Of a stretch of DNA of 64,000 nt, positions 51,401 to 63,435 are shown piece by piece (the first letter of the stretch is position 1; each line of letters starts with the position of its first letter). Under the pieces are notes generated by a model that was not told the origin of the DNA, searched no databases, and was given only the letters and a program-made list of their open reading frames with translations. The stretch covers positions 286,045 through 350,044 of the forward strand of contig NW_005434657.1 in NCBI RefSeq assembly GCF_000315625.1. The letters run 5' to 3'. Origin of the DNA: Guillardia theta CCMP2712. Lineage: Eukaryota; Protista; Cryptophyta. Position numbers and translations under genes: made by a program.

Positions 51401-54320
51401 CCCCTAGGCTCCGCTTCCCCGCCTCTGCCGCCGACACCTCCTCCTCTAGCGCCTTGATCCTCTCCTCCATCGCCCCCTGATCTGCCCCTGCCTGCTCGCC
51501 CTGCCTCTTGAGCCCCTCGCACTCCTCCTCTGCCCTCTTCAGCGCTGCCTCGAGCGACTCTACCGTCTCCGTCAGCTTTTGCCTCTCTGCCTCTGCGGTC
51601 GCCGCTGCCGCCTCCAGCTCCCTCCTCCCCTCTGCCTCCTGCGCTGCTTCTGCACGCCGCTCCTCCTCCCTTGCCAGCGCTCTCTCCTCCGCTGCCCCCA
51701 TCGCCGCCCTCAGCGCCTCCAGCTCTGACGCTAGCCCTGCCCTCTCCTTCTCTGCCTCCTCAAGCTTCCGTGATGCCTCTGCTGCTGTTGACGACAGTCG
51801 CTCCTTCTCCTCTACAGCCGCCTTCAGCTGGGACGACATCTCCCTCACCGCTGCCTCCTCCCCCGCTGCCAGCGACGACATCTGGTCCTCCAAGCTCCCC
51901 TTCGCCTTCTCCAGCTCCTCTACCTTCCCGACCAGCTCCATCTGCTCCTTCAGGCTCGCCTGTAGCTTCTCCCCTAGGCTCCGCTTCCCCGCCTCTGCCG
52001 CCGACACCTCCTCCTCTAGCGCCTTGATCCTCTCCTCCATCGCCCCCTGATCTGCCCCTGCCTGCTCGCCCTGCCTCTTGAGCCCCTCGCACTCCTCCTC
52101 TGCCCTCTTCAGCGCTGCCTCGAGCGACTCTACCGTCTCCGTCAGCTTTTGCCTCTCTGCCTCTGCGGTCGCCGCTGCCGCCTCCAGCTCCCTCCTCCCC
52201 TCTGCCTCCTGCGCTGCTTCTGCACGCCGCTCCTCCTCCCTTGCCAGCGCTCTCTCCTCCGCTGCCCCCATCGCCGCCCTCAGCGCCTCCAGCTCTGACG
52301 CTAGCCCTGCCCTCTCCTTCTCTGCCTCCTCAAGCTTCCGTGATGCCTCTGCTGCTGTCGACGACAGTCGCTCCTTCTCCTCTACAGCCGCCTTCAGCTG
52401 GGACGACATCTCCCTCACCGCTGCCTCCTCCCCCGCTGCCAGCGACGACATCTGGTCCTCCAAGCTCCCCTTCGCCTTCTCCAGCTCCTCTACCTTCCCG
52501 ACCAGCTCCATCTGCTCCTTCAGGCTCGCCTGTAGCTTCTCCCCTAGGCTCCGCTTCCCCGCCTCTGCCGCCGACACCTCCTCCTCTAGCGCCTTGATCC
52601 TCTCCTCCATCGCCCCCTGATCTGCCCCTGCCTGCTCGCCCTGCCTCTTGAGCCCCTCGCACTCCTCCTCTGCCCTCTTCAGCGCTGCCTCGAGCGACTC
52701 TACCGTCTCCGTCAGCTTTTGCCTCTCTGCCTCTGCGGTCGCCGCTGCTTCTTGTAGATTCCGGATTATTTTATCCTTGCGCTTGTTTTCAGCACTCTGA
52801 TCAGCCGCGTTATTGTTTTCTAATTGGCTCCGATTCATATCCACAGTTTGAAACGGTTCGCTAGATTGGGCGGTGAAGGAACTGCGGAAGCTGCTGAGCA
52901 GCTCTCGGACTGACGCAAGCTCAGGCTTCAGTTTTGGTTTGTCTTGCGTATAGACTTCACAAAGACTGGTCGCTTGTTCGATAGTGTTCAGAAGCAGCTC
53001 TATGTTTTCTGTAGAAATCCCCTTCACCTTTGGAATCTTCCTCTCTCGCTCTTGTTGCAACTTGAGCAGGAGTTCTTCCTTTTCGGTTTGAAGTTGGCTC
53101 ACCTGTGCTTGGAGATACTCTCTCTCCATCTCCAGTCCTTCCACTTCCATAGAAATCCCTTCATGTGCCGATATCATCTGTATTCCTGTGGAAGTATGTT
53201 CCTCGGGACCATCAACTCCAACACCATTATGGTCGCCTTCGGAATAACGATTGTCTTCCGCATCCTCGGCTGCTAACTTGGTGAAAGTGCTCGACATTTC
53301 AGCGAGCTCTTCTCTCATTGCATGAGTCACATCCTTCGTGACTGATTGAATCGATCTGCTCACAGCCGACGATTGCTCCCAAAGCTTACTCCCCATTTCT
53401 GAGAACTTCACGTTCGACGTTACAGCTCTCATCAAAGGGGCTGATGGTCCACTTGAACCCTGATCAGCCTGGCCACGCACGCTGTCCGGCTCATCTTGTT
53501 TCCAGTCATCATCTTGATACGGAACTTCATGAAAGCCAGTCACTTCTTCTAAGCCGTCACCGTGAGTCATCGGAGCTTCGAACGGGATCCATTCTTCATC
53601 CTCTTCACTCTTTGTATCTTGGTTGCCAACCTCTCCATCGTCCGCCCATTCTTCGTCATCGTTGGATATCGTTGTTATAACTTCTTTAAATCCCTTCATT
53701 CCCACTCCCACCGTGCTTGACATCCCCACGATTTCTTCTTTCATCGCTGAGGCAACATCCTTCGTTACGGCTGAGATGGAGTTTCGAACAATCGATGATC
53801 GCTCCCACAGTGTACCTCCGACCTCGCCAAGAGGGAGTTTCACGTTTGACTTGACTGAGCTGAGGGCGTTGGTGCCTCCCGCATAAACTTTTCCCAGCAA
53901 CCCTTTCATGGGGGAGTTTTGCACTCCCTCGTTGCCCTTGTTTGCCGTGGTTTCCAGAGCGATGCTTTGAAATGGAGCATCGTACGCGTCAACTGCTTCC
54001 TGTGCCTCAAGAAAACTCTGAGCTTGAGAGTCGACATGTTCCCTCTCATCTTGATCCCACTGTTCAGGGCTCAAGTGTTGCCCGTTTCCACCAGCCGCCT
54101 CATTCAAGTTTCCTAGTAAGATTTCCATGATGTCAATGAGCAAGAAAGCAAGGTCAATCAGCACAAGCAAGAAGGACCTTCAGGAGAATCCTCTCGTTCT
54201 TCGATATCGTCTTCATCTACCACAAGAATTCAAATCAGACTTCGTCGACGCTGCAGAGTGATCAGAGTCGTCAGAGGATCACCTGTCAACTCCTCATCTC
54301 CGAGGTTTGCAACAATGGCA
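48452..54320 (-). CDS. Golgin of the GMAP-210/Rud3/GC3-GC4 class: long coiled coil with C-terminal GRAB domain and GA1 motif
   Basis: More than 1100 aa of E/K/A coiled coil. Exon ~48928-49015 reads RRLVSNVMISYFDG...EVLKLLCSIL (GRAB). Last exon has IGHEWVQFLIDEAE (GA1-like). Spans an N-gap. Confidence 0.75.
51363..52748. repeat. 570-bp in-frame tandem repeat (~2.4 copies) inside the golgin
   Basis: cagctccatctgctccttcaggctcgcc recurs at 51363, 51933 and 52503. Confidence 0.97.
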
Positions 54321-54869
54321 TCTCTAGCCGCCTGCTCGCGCGTGCAGTGAGATTCGTGGCGCACGCAAAGACAACACAACCTGGTCCAGAGATTGAATGG
54401 CGTTCGAAAAGCCTGATGTCAACCCGCTCCACATGCTCTCTTTGTTCAACAAAGCATCGCTAGACAAGAAGTAGCAAATGGTCAGAACGTGTATGGATGT
54501 TTCATATCATGTGAAAATTCGAACGTGGCCATGCTATCATTGACAAGGAAGACGGACTGCCGTAGAATTTCTACTTCCGATAGGAAGGCAGGAGAATGGT
54601 GAGATGAAAAGAAGTGGAACAGGAGAGGTGGGAAAGAGGTAGATAGGAGGAAGGAATTGTCACAAAGAAAATGATCAAGTGTAGAACGAACACAGTGTGC
54701 AGCGAGATGAGCAGCTCGACCGGATTCACACGGAAGGTGGGGTCGACCCAAAACAGGACAAGCACAGGGACCGTGTAGAGATACAGCAAGTAAGAAGGAA
54801 GAATAGGTATGATCAGTGATGAGCGATGAGTGATGAAGGAGAGTGAATGGTGGAGCGACGACATGAACG

Positions 54870-55245
54870 CCGGCGGCGGCGCGGGAAGGGGCAGGGCGGG
54901 AGTTTCCTTTTGTGTGCATTGGAAAACTACGTGGTAACGAATACAACCAATTTAAATCTAAAAATTTGAATCGATTAAAGTCAAGTGGCTGCGGGGGCCC
55001 GCCGGGGCGCGGCCGGCCCGGCCCGGGGCGGGGGCGGCCTGCGCAGTGCGACAGCCTGACTCGTTCACCGGGCCGCCGGGCCTCCCCGGCGGCGACTCTG
55101 AGTCCGGCTTAGCGGCCGCGGGCGCGTAACCGTGGCAGCGTCGGCCGGACCCTGCAGTAAACACTGAATGAATCTTGAACTGGTTGACTTGCAGTAAACA
55201 CTGAATGAATCTTGAGGTTCGGACTTGCAGGCCCCGGGCCCAGTA
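54870..55245. other. GC-rich CCGG island plus a short direct repeat
   Basis: ggcccgccggggcgcggccggcccgg tracts; tgcagtaaacactgaatgaatcttga occurs twice (~55153 and ~55190). Confidence 0.55.
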
Positions 55246-55643
55246 AATCAGTACGGTAAATCATGCTTTACTTGAGTGAGCCTGCCGCGAGTCTGACCCT
55301 ACCCCCTCGTTTCAGGGAGGATTTCATCTGCAAATGACCCCTGCCATGTTGCGCCCTCACTTCATATTTCCCTCTATCGTCTTTTCACCCCTCCTTTATA
55401 GGAGAATTGCATGAGGAAAAGTGGGTGGGGTGAGTTCGATTGTCAACACGCTACGGCTTTTGCGATAAATCGCGATAGAACTATCTTGAAAGGCAGGAGG
55501 GGAGGAGGGGAGGACGGGAGGAGGGGAGGAGGGGAGGAGGGGAGGACGGGATCTGTGTGGGACAGGAAGGACGGTGTGAAGTCCACTTGCTCTTGATACT
55601 TGCTGCAGGTGCTGCTAAATCGCTCTCAATTCCCGCACAACTC

Positions 55644-56120
55644 ATGGAGACGCTTTCAACTTTCTGGGCTGGTTATCATCTGAAGTGAGAACAGAGGAAG
55701 CAGTGGAGAAGAGGAGGGAGGAGGAAGAGGAGGAAGAATGGGAGATTGTGCAGGTAGAAGATAACGAGGGAGGGAGAAACAAGGCGACTGAGCCGGAAGC
55801 GAGAAAGGCGAGGAAGGAACTGAAGCAAGCGATTACCAAAGGAGATGACAACACAGTGAGACGGCTGGTTGTGAGTAGTGTGACAGATCGACTGGAGCAA
55901 GAGTACGAAGTGGACCCAAACAAAGTGATGACCATAGTCAGCGGCAGCAGGGACAACAAGTTGCGAGTGTGGGATCTTGATAAGATGGAGCAGAAGGCTT
56001 GTCTTAATGGTCATGTTGGTGCAGTGAGGTGCATGGCCATCAGCAAGGACGGGCAGACGCTGGTCAGTGGGAGTGAGGATCGCGTTGTGGGGGTGTGGAA
56101 TCTTGAGACGATGGAGCAGA
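55644..56120 (+). pseudogene. 5' fragment with an ankyrin-like helix and WD40 repeats of the same family as 60113-60830
   Basis: ELKQAITKGDDNTVRRLV then IVSGSRDNKLRVWDL..KACLNGH..ISKDGQTLVSGSED..VWNL. No in-frame ATG; ends mid-repeat. Confidence 0.7.
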
Positions 56121-56848
56121 CATCACAGCAATGTAACATGTGTTGTGATAAGCAAGGACGGGCCGGAATCTCCGGTCCCTTTATGTCTTGAAGCTATGTC
56201 ATGACTTATCCCTGCAAGAAATTACTTTCCTCCTCCTCACACCCCCTGCTCCTTCCTTCCTTCTCGTCCCTCCTCCTCCTCCTCCTCCTCCTCCACCACC
56301 ACCTCCAAGTCACGATGGGATGACAAGGAGGACGGTACGAGGAGATGGGCCAGGACGAAGGTGGCGAGGGAGATGCCAAGGAGGCAGGTACGTGGAGATG
56401 ACAGGGGAGGGACNNNNNNNNNNNNNNNNNNNNNNNNNNNNNNNNNNNNNNNNNNNNNNNNNNNNNNNNNNNNNNNNNNNNNNNNNNNNNNNNNNNNNNN
56501 NNNNNNNNNNNNNNNNNNNNNNNNNNNNNNNNNNNNNNNNNNNNNNNNNNNNNNNNNNNNNNNNNNNNNNNNNNNNNNNNNNNNNNNNNNNNNNNNNNNN
56601 NNNNNNNNNNNNNNNNNNNNNNNNNNNNNNNNNNNNNNNNNNNNNNNNNNNNNNNNNNNNNNNNNNNNNNNNNNNNNNNNNNNNNNNNNNNNNNNNNNNN
56701 NNNNNNNNNNNNNNNNNNNNNNNNNNNNNNNNNNNNNNNNNNNNNNNNNNNNNNNNNNNNNNNNNNNNNNNNNNNNNNNNNNNNNNNNNNNNNNNNNNNN
56801 NNNNNNNNNNNNNNNNNNNNNNNNNNNNNNNNNNNNNNNNNNNNNNNN

Positions 56849-58036
56849 GTGATCCCGCTGAAAGAGAGAGTCCAGATCTTCCAGCGGCTGATCGAAGAGG
56901 AGAAGAAGAGCCAGCAGTGGCCGACCTCCCTTGTCAAGATCAGGAGGCAGAGGATAGTGGAGGACGGCTTCAACAAGCTCGGAGTCCTCAGGGAGGAGCT
57001 CAAGGGGGTGGTCAAAGTCCTCTTCGTCAACGAGAGCGGGCTCGACGAGTCCGGCATCGACATGGGGGGCCTGTACAAGGAGTTTCTGACCCATTTCATC
57101 GAGCGAGCCTTCCATCCTGACTACGGCCTCTTCAAGTACTCAGCTGAGAGGCAGCTCTTCCCTAACCCCCACAGCCACATGATGATTCACTCCCACTTGG
57201 ACTACTTCGCGTTCCTGGGGAGGATGCTGGGGAGGGCCATGTACGATGGCATCCAGATGGACCTCTCGTCCTGCGGCTTCTTCCTCTCCAAGCTCCTGGG
57301 CAAGCACAACTACCTCGACGAGCTGCCGTCGCTCGACCCGGCCCTGCACAAGAATCTCATGTACCTCAAGAACTACGAGGGGGACGTCCGTGACCTCTCC
57401 CTCGACTTCACAGTCACCATCGATGAGATGGGAGGAGGGGAGGTGGAGGAGCTGGTCCCAGGAGGCTCCAACATCGAGGTTACCTCCTCCAACAAGGTCC
57501 AGTACATCCACCTCGTGGCCGACTATCGTCTCAACAAGCAGATCAAGCGGCAGTGCGAAGCCTTCCTGCGAGGCTTCCAGGACGTGATCCGCGTGGAGTG
57601 GATCAGGTTCTTCAACCCGGTGGAGCTGCAGGTGCTGATCAGCGGGGAAGACGACGGCGGGTTCGACGTCGAGAACCTCAAGGCTCACACGGTCTACTCT
57701 GGGGGATATACCTCCCTCGACAGCACTTGCCGGAGGTTCTGGAAGGTCGTGGCGCAGTTCTCGAGCAAGGAAAAGTCAGCTCTCCTCAAGTTCGTCACCT
57801 CCTGCCCGCGCCCTCCCCTCCTTGGCTTTGCCTCCCTCCAGCCTCCCTTCACCATCCATCGCGTTCACTCCGACAAGGGCTTCTGGGACTACATGACGGG
57901 CAAGTCGGAGGATCGCCTTCCGACCTCTAGCACCTGCATGAACCTCCTGAAGCTCCCTCTTTACCCGAGCTCCTCCAACCTCCGCGACAAGCTCCTCTAT
58001 GCCATCACGGCTAACGCCGGGTTCGAACTCTCGTGA
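56849..58036 (+). CDS. HECT E3 ubiquitin ligase C-terminus (UBE3B/UBE3C/UPL6-7 type); 5' part missing at a gap
   Basis: IRRQRIVEDGF, V.FVNESGLDESGIDMGGLYKEFL, LLKFVTSCPRPPLLGF, RLPTSSTCMNLLKLP (catalytic Cys) and AGFELS*. Confidence 0.95.
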   Translation: MIPLKERVQIFQRLIEEEKKSQQWPTSLVKIRRQRIVEDGFNKLGVLREELKGVVKVLFVNESGLDESGIDMGGLYKEFLTHFIERAFHPDYGLFKYSAERQLFPNPHSHMMIHSHLDYFAFLGRMLGRAMYDGIQMDLSSCGFFLSKLLGKHNYLDELPSLDPALHKNLMYLKNYEGDVRDLSLDFTVTIDEMGGGEVEELVPGGSNIEVTSSNKVQYIHLVADYRLNKQIKRQCEAFLRGFQDVIRVEWIRFFNPVELQVLISGEDDGGFDVENLKAHTVYSGGYTSLDSTCRRFWKVVAQFSSKEKSALLKFVTSCPRPPLLGFASLQPPFTIHRVHSDKGFWDYMTGKSEDRLPTSSTCMNLLKLPLYPSSSNLRDKLLYAITANAGFELS

Positions 58037-58859
58037 GCATGCCATGACTCCGATGAAAGTACTTGGTCTTTCAAGTTAGTTGTACATACAGCAGTCGCGG
58101 TCTAACAGTAACTTGAGTAACTCCGGCCCGTGCGCGATCCGGCATGTTAACATGATGTACGGCTACTATGATGATGGACTACCGACTCCGTGGATCTTGA
58201 AGTCTCCTCTTCCTCGGAGTTCATACTGGTTCCACTCATTTACAACAAGTAGAGATGCTGACTGTACAGTAACAAGTCATCACACTCCATGAGTTGAAAG
58301 TTAGAATGATGCGGCACTACAAGGTTGAATTCACTATGGTGCAACCGCCCTGCCGCTATTGTGAGACAATAAAATTGACAAAAACTAAGGAAAGTATGAC
58401 CTACTTTGATCCTACTGACATTTTATCTTTGTTCATTTTCTGNNNNNNNNNNNNNNNNNNNNNNNNNNNNNNNNNNNNNNNNNNNNNNNNNNNNNNNNNN
58501 NNNNNNNNNNNNNNNNNNNNNNNNNNNNNNNNNNNNNNNNNNGTAGCACTTCGCGCCCCGTTGGCTCGAGTCTGAGTTACTAGTTAGCTTCATCTTCTGC
58601 AAGCAGACACACTTGGGGACGGACACTTGAAATGATTCCCTTGAGATATCTGCTTCTTGGCCTGGTTCCCGTCAGGGACGTCAAGTTACTAGCATCGCGG
58701 TCCCACTTGTTTGCCTGGTCAGCTACGAGGATGAGCTTGGGTCCTAGGACCTCACTCAGAGCACTTGACCCAACCTTGTCAGCTACGAGGATGAGCTTGG
58801 ATCCTAGGACCTCACTCAGAGTACTCCCAACCTTCTCAGCCGCTCGCGGGCGGGCAAGG

Positions 58860-59594
58860 ATCTCAGCCACAAGCTCTTGGAATTCATATCTCAATCTGGT
58901 GTGCGGGATACTGGGGGTTGATGATGCGGCGAAAACGAGCTTTCATGTGTATTTTGTTGCACTGGAGCTGCACAAAAAGGACTTGGAAAAGGAGCTGGGG
59001 CTGCAGAATGAAATGGAGGACAAGATGCAGAGGAATCAAAAGTACCTTGCCCATTACTACAAGCGTGAAATATCCACCTTCACTCAAAGGTGTGCGTCTT
59101 GATTGAGATCTGCAGAATGATATTGATAACGCAGATGCGTCCTTGAGGAGCTGTTCAGGGAAGTAGTGTGCATTGTTCAAGATTCCGAGGATCATGCGCT
59201 TCAATCTATGTTGCCGAAGACGGTTCTCAATACGATGCAGAGAGGAGAGATTTCTATGTCTGACGTATTTCGGCTCTTGAACGATCCGGAACACGCAAGC
59301 TTTCGACGGAATGTGTGGAAAACGATCGGGTTACCACAGGACCTTGTGTTACCCCCGTTTGATCCAAGAACGATGATGTATGTGCAGCTCGCTGAAATGA
59401 TACGCTGTTCACCAAGAAAGTATGTGTTTCTACATTCAAATGCAGATGACAGAGAGATCAGATTTTTCAGCGAGGTTGCAAAGCGTTTCGAGAAGAAGGT
59501 AGACTATTTCGACCCCGTGTCGGCATTTGCGGGAGAGATGATCCTGGAAGCGGATGATTACTTCCCGCACAACCGAACGAATTTTGAACCCTAA
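58860..59594 (+). CDS. Hypothetical two-exon protein or remnant
   Basis: ORFs 58632-59102 and 59166-59594 are joined in frame by a GT-AG intron at ~59090-59134. No family recognised and the start is unclear. Confidence 0.45.
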
Positions 59595-60112
59595 ACCCAG
59601 AAGTCCAGGCCATGACTGGGACGGTCGGTTATCGTCTTCCCTTGCCGTGCATCGGGTTGTTCCGAGTCGGCCTTGTGCTCGGAGTCCTACCGCAGCAGTG
59701 AAGTGCTGCAGGGCCCGGGAGAAAGGCAGGATGTAGACGTCACGGTGTTGTGTGAGGTGTTGGAAGTAAAGAGTTAGTTTTGTTGCTACGGAGTCTGAGC
59801 ATGACTAGCCGACTAGCCGTACCACTGCGGCAGAGTGACTCAGCTTCCGCCGGTAGCATTCAAGTGTCGCGGCCACGATCTACTAAGATGATATTCAGGT
59901 AGCGGCCCGTCAGCGGTACCGTGCCACTGACGGAACTTGGACACACTGACAAGTGAGAGAAACCCGACGATCGCACCGTGACTGCACTGCCTGCCGCACA
60001 ATCATCGGATACAGGGATACCGTACGAATAGACTCGGCGAGTCGGAGAGCTGTCAACTGATAGCTGACTCACAAGGGAATCACATAATGCCGCAAACCGT
60101 GGTGACCGGACG

Positions 60113-61994
60113 ATGGCAGTGAGTGCGAGTTTGGACAAGTCGATCTTCGTGTGGGATCTCTGCAAGCTGAAGATGAAGGCTTGCCTCACGGGTCACGTCG
60201 GAGGTATCAGGTGCATGGCGATGAGCACCGACGACCAGACGGTTGTTAGCGGGAGCGAAGATCACACGTTGAGGGTGTGGGACCTCAAGAAGTTGAAGCA
60301 TAAGGCTTGTCTGACCGGACATGTCAGTGGTATCACTTGCGTTGTGATCAGCAAGGACGGGCAGACAGTCATCAGTGGAAGTGACGATCGGACACTGAGA
60401 ATCTGGGATCTTGCGTCGACGCTGCAGAAGGCGTGTCTCACTGGTCATAACGATTGGGTCAGTATCGTCGTCATCAGCAAAGACGGGCAGACAGCCGTAA
60501 GCGGGAGCTGGGACAAGACGATCAAGGTGTGGGACCTCAAGGAGATGAAGGAGAAGGCTTGTCTGACTGGTCACACTTAAGGAATAAGTAGCCTGGTGAT
60601 AAGCAAGGACGGGCGGAGAGTTGTGAGCGCAAGCAACGACTACACTCTGAGGGTGTGGGATCTTGCGTCGACGCTGCCACAAGCGTTGTCATGAGCAAAG
60701 ACGGGCAGACAGCCGTAAGCGGGAGCTGGGACAAGACGATCAAGGTGTGGGACCTCAAGGAGATGAAGGAGAAGGCTTGTCTGACTGGTCATGGGGATTG
60801 GGTGTGGACGCTCTCCCTCCATTCGCGCAAGAGGACCGTTGGCTCGACGTTACACGTCGCAGCATCGCGAGGGTCCTGGCCTGTCTGCCAGGCTCTGCTG
60901 GAGCTGGGGCAGCAGAACTAGGAGAGCTGCGAGACTCGCTAGGACGGACAGCGGCAGAGGTAGCGCGTGAGAGGCACAATGAAAAGCTTGCGCAGCAGAT
61001 CGAAGATTGGATGCGAGAGAAAGTGATCGAGGAGAGAGCGAGAGGTCTGGTAGACCAGTACCGGGCAGCGGACAGCCGAGGGCAGAGGCTGCTGAGCGTG
61101 GAGGAGTACGAGGCGTTGGTGATGCACACGCTGCGGGCGATGGGGGGAGGAGGAGGAGACGAGAGGCTCGACGAGCGGTTCATGTCGGACTCGAAGACTC
61201 TCGTGTGCGGGGAGTTCAAGCATGCGGCGCGGGGGCTGGAGCAGCTGCTGCAGGTACCGATGAAGGAGGTTTACAGCAAGGTGCAGGACGCGATCAAGAA
61301 CATGCGGCAAGAGGTGGAAGCTCACGGGAGCAAGGAGCTGAGGAGAGACCTGGAGTACGTGCTGTCGGAGGCAGCGAGGGAGGAGGTGACGAGCAAGGGC
61401 GTTCGGGACCAGGGTCATGAAGGAATGAGGCTCTGCGACTTCCTGTGCCACAAGTCCGCCAGAGTCGCGCGGCTGCGGGAGGAGGAGGTTGCGGCGCTGC
61501 GACTCTACACGCTGCCGAGCTTCCCGCACATCAACGACCCGCTGAGGGACCAGGGGCGGATAGAGAGGAGGGAGCCGCACCCGCTTCCTCTGATCACCTT
61601 CCTCATCGTCGAGGGGCTGAAGAAGCTGCGGGGCGTCGAGACCTCAAACAGTGTCGGGATGGAGTCTCGGGTGCTGTGGCGGGGGATGAAGAACCTGTCT
61701 GTGTCCCACGGGTTTGTGGAGAGAGGAGGGACGGAGCTCGTGCCGATGTCGACTTCGACTGAGCTGCAGGTCGCAGCAGCATACGGGATGAGCCGGGAAA
61801 CGCTGATCTTTCGCTTCAGAACCAAGAACAGCCTGCAGCGTGGTGTGGACGTGTCTTGGCTCTCGGCGTTTCCCAAGGAGGAGGAGGTGCTGTACCCTCC
61901 TCTGACGTACATGCAGCCCACAGGAAGGGAGCAGGAGGTTCAGGTTGGGATCGCGAGGTACAGGATCGTGGAGGTGGAGCCGACGACAGTCTGA
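60113..61994 (+). pseudogene. WD40-array, ankyrin, mono-ADP-ribosyltransferase (R-S-E class) gene with disablements
   Basis: Near-identical WD40 repeats; STLHVAASRG..VCQALLELG..DSLGRTAAEVA (ankyrin); ART motifs ALRLYT, VLWRGM, PMSTS and SAFPKEEEVLYPP. In-frame TAA at 60578, deletion/frameshift ~60680 and frameshift ~60908. Confidence 0.85.
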
Positions 61995-62399
61995 GATGCA
62001 GCACGAGAGCGACCTGGAAGGAGGAGGAAGGGGATGGGAGGGTGGGGAAGAAGAACGAGGATGGGGAGGAGGAGCTGGTGCAGCACAGCAGCAATTGTGG
62101 GGGAGAGCTGGTGCCATGAAAGAGCACCTGACAAGTTTGTTGCGGGTTGTCATGGCCGGGGAGCGGAATCAGGGGAGGGAGGGAGAACGGTCGGAAGGAG
62201 GAGCTGCAGTCAGGCGGATAGGCAGACATGGGGGAGTTGCAGAGAGGGGAGAAAGGAGCGAGGAGGGGAAGGAGGATAGGAGGATAGGAGGAGGGCTGGA
62301 CGAGTCAACTCTTGACGTCATCGGCCCCATCGGGTCAGAATCTGATCTCGCAGCGTCCTCGTATGGCAGCAGAGAAGGGCAGGGGGTACCAGCCGCTCA

Positions 62400-63273
62400 G
62401 GACTGAAAGGTGTCAAGGGATGTACTGAAAGGAGGAGGAGGAGGAGGAGGAGGAGGAGGAGGCGGGGGAGGAGGAGGGGGAGGAGGGAGGGGGAGGAGGA
62501 GGAGGAGGAACGAGAGCACGAGCACGAGTACGAGCACAAGGATGCTACTGGCGACGGGGGTCGGGGCCGCTCGAGGAGACGACGATGTGTAGATGTCGAG
62601 GGGAGGAGGCAGAGGCCTCGAGCAAGGAGAACAGACCGTCCTCGAACGATCGCGTCCACTGCGAGGGGCGTCAGGAAGCTGGTAGAGGATACGAGGAGCC
62701 TACCTGAGAGATGTCGAATAAACTGTCCTCACTCCCGCTCCTCCTCCTCCTCCTCAGCTCTGACTGTCGGAGCGGCAGTAAGTCTCCTCCTGCAACCTCT
62801 ACCTCCTCTCACCCGCATCCTCTTCAAGTGTCGTCGTTCCCGCAGCAGCCTACGAGCATGTCAGCGCACCTTCCTCGCCCATCGCCCCGCTGTCTCACCT
62901 GACCGCCACGTCCTCCATGTCCCTGGCTTCGCGAGCCACTAACGCCGACATGCCATGAGCCAGCAGCAGACTGGAAGCGACCTGCGAGACGCAATGTTCA
63001 TCGACACCAGCAGGATCAGTGGTGGTGGTGGAAGAGACAAGGAGGCAGAGGAGGAGGACCAGGGGAGGCAGAGCAAGAGAAGGAGTAGAGAAGCAGGAGC
63101 AGAAGCAGGAGGATGGAAGTTACCCTCGCAGTCATCTTGAGCTCAGGGCAGGTGAGGACAGGGACGTTCGCCCAGATCAGCTCGACTGCGGTGCTGTGCG
63201 CATTGTAGGCGAGAGAGTCCAGGAATACATCCGTAGCTTGCTGCTTCCTGCCGGACACATCGAGATCGTGTGT

Positions 63274-63322
<49 letters not shown>

Positions 63323-63404
63323 AGGAGGAGGAGGAGGAGGAGCAGGAGCAGGAGGAGGAGCAGGAGCAGGAGGAGGAGGAGGAGGAGGAGGAGGAGGAGG
63401 AGGA

Positions 63405-63435
<31 letters not shown>

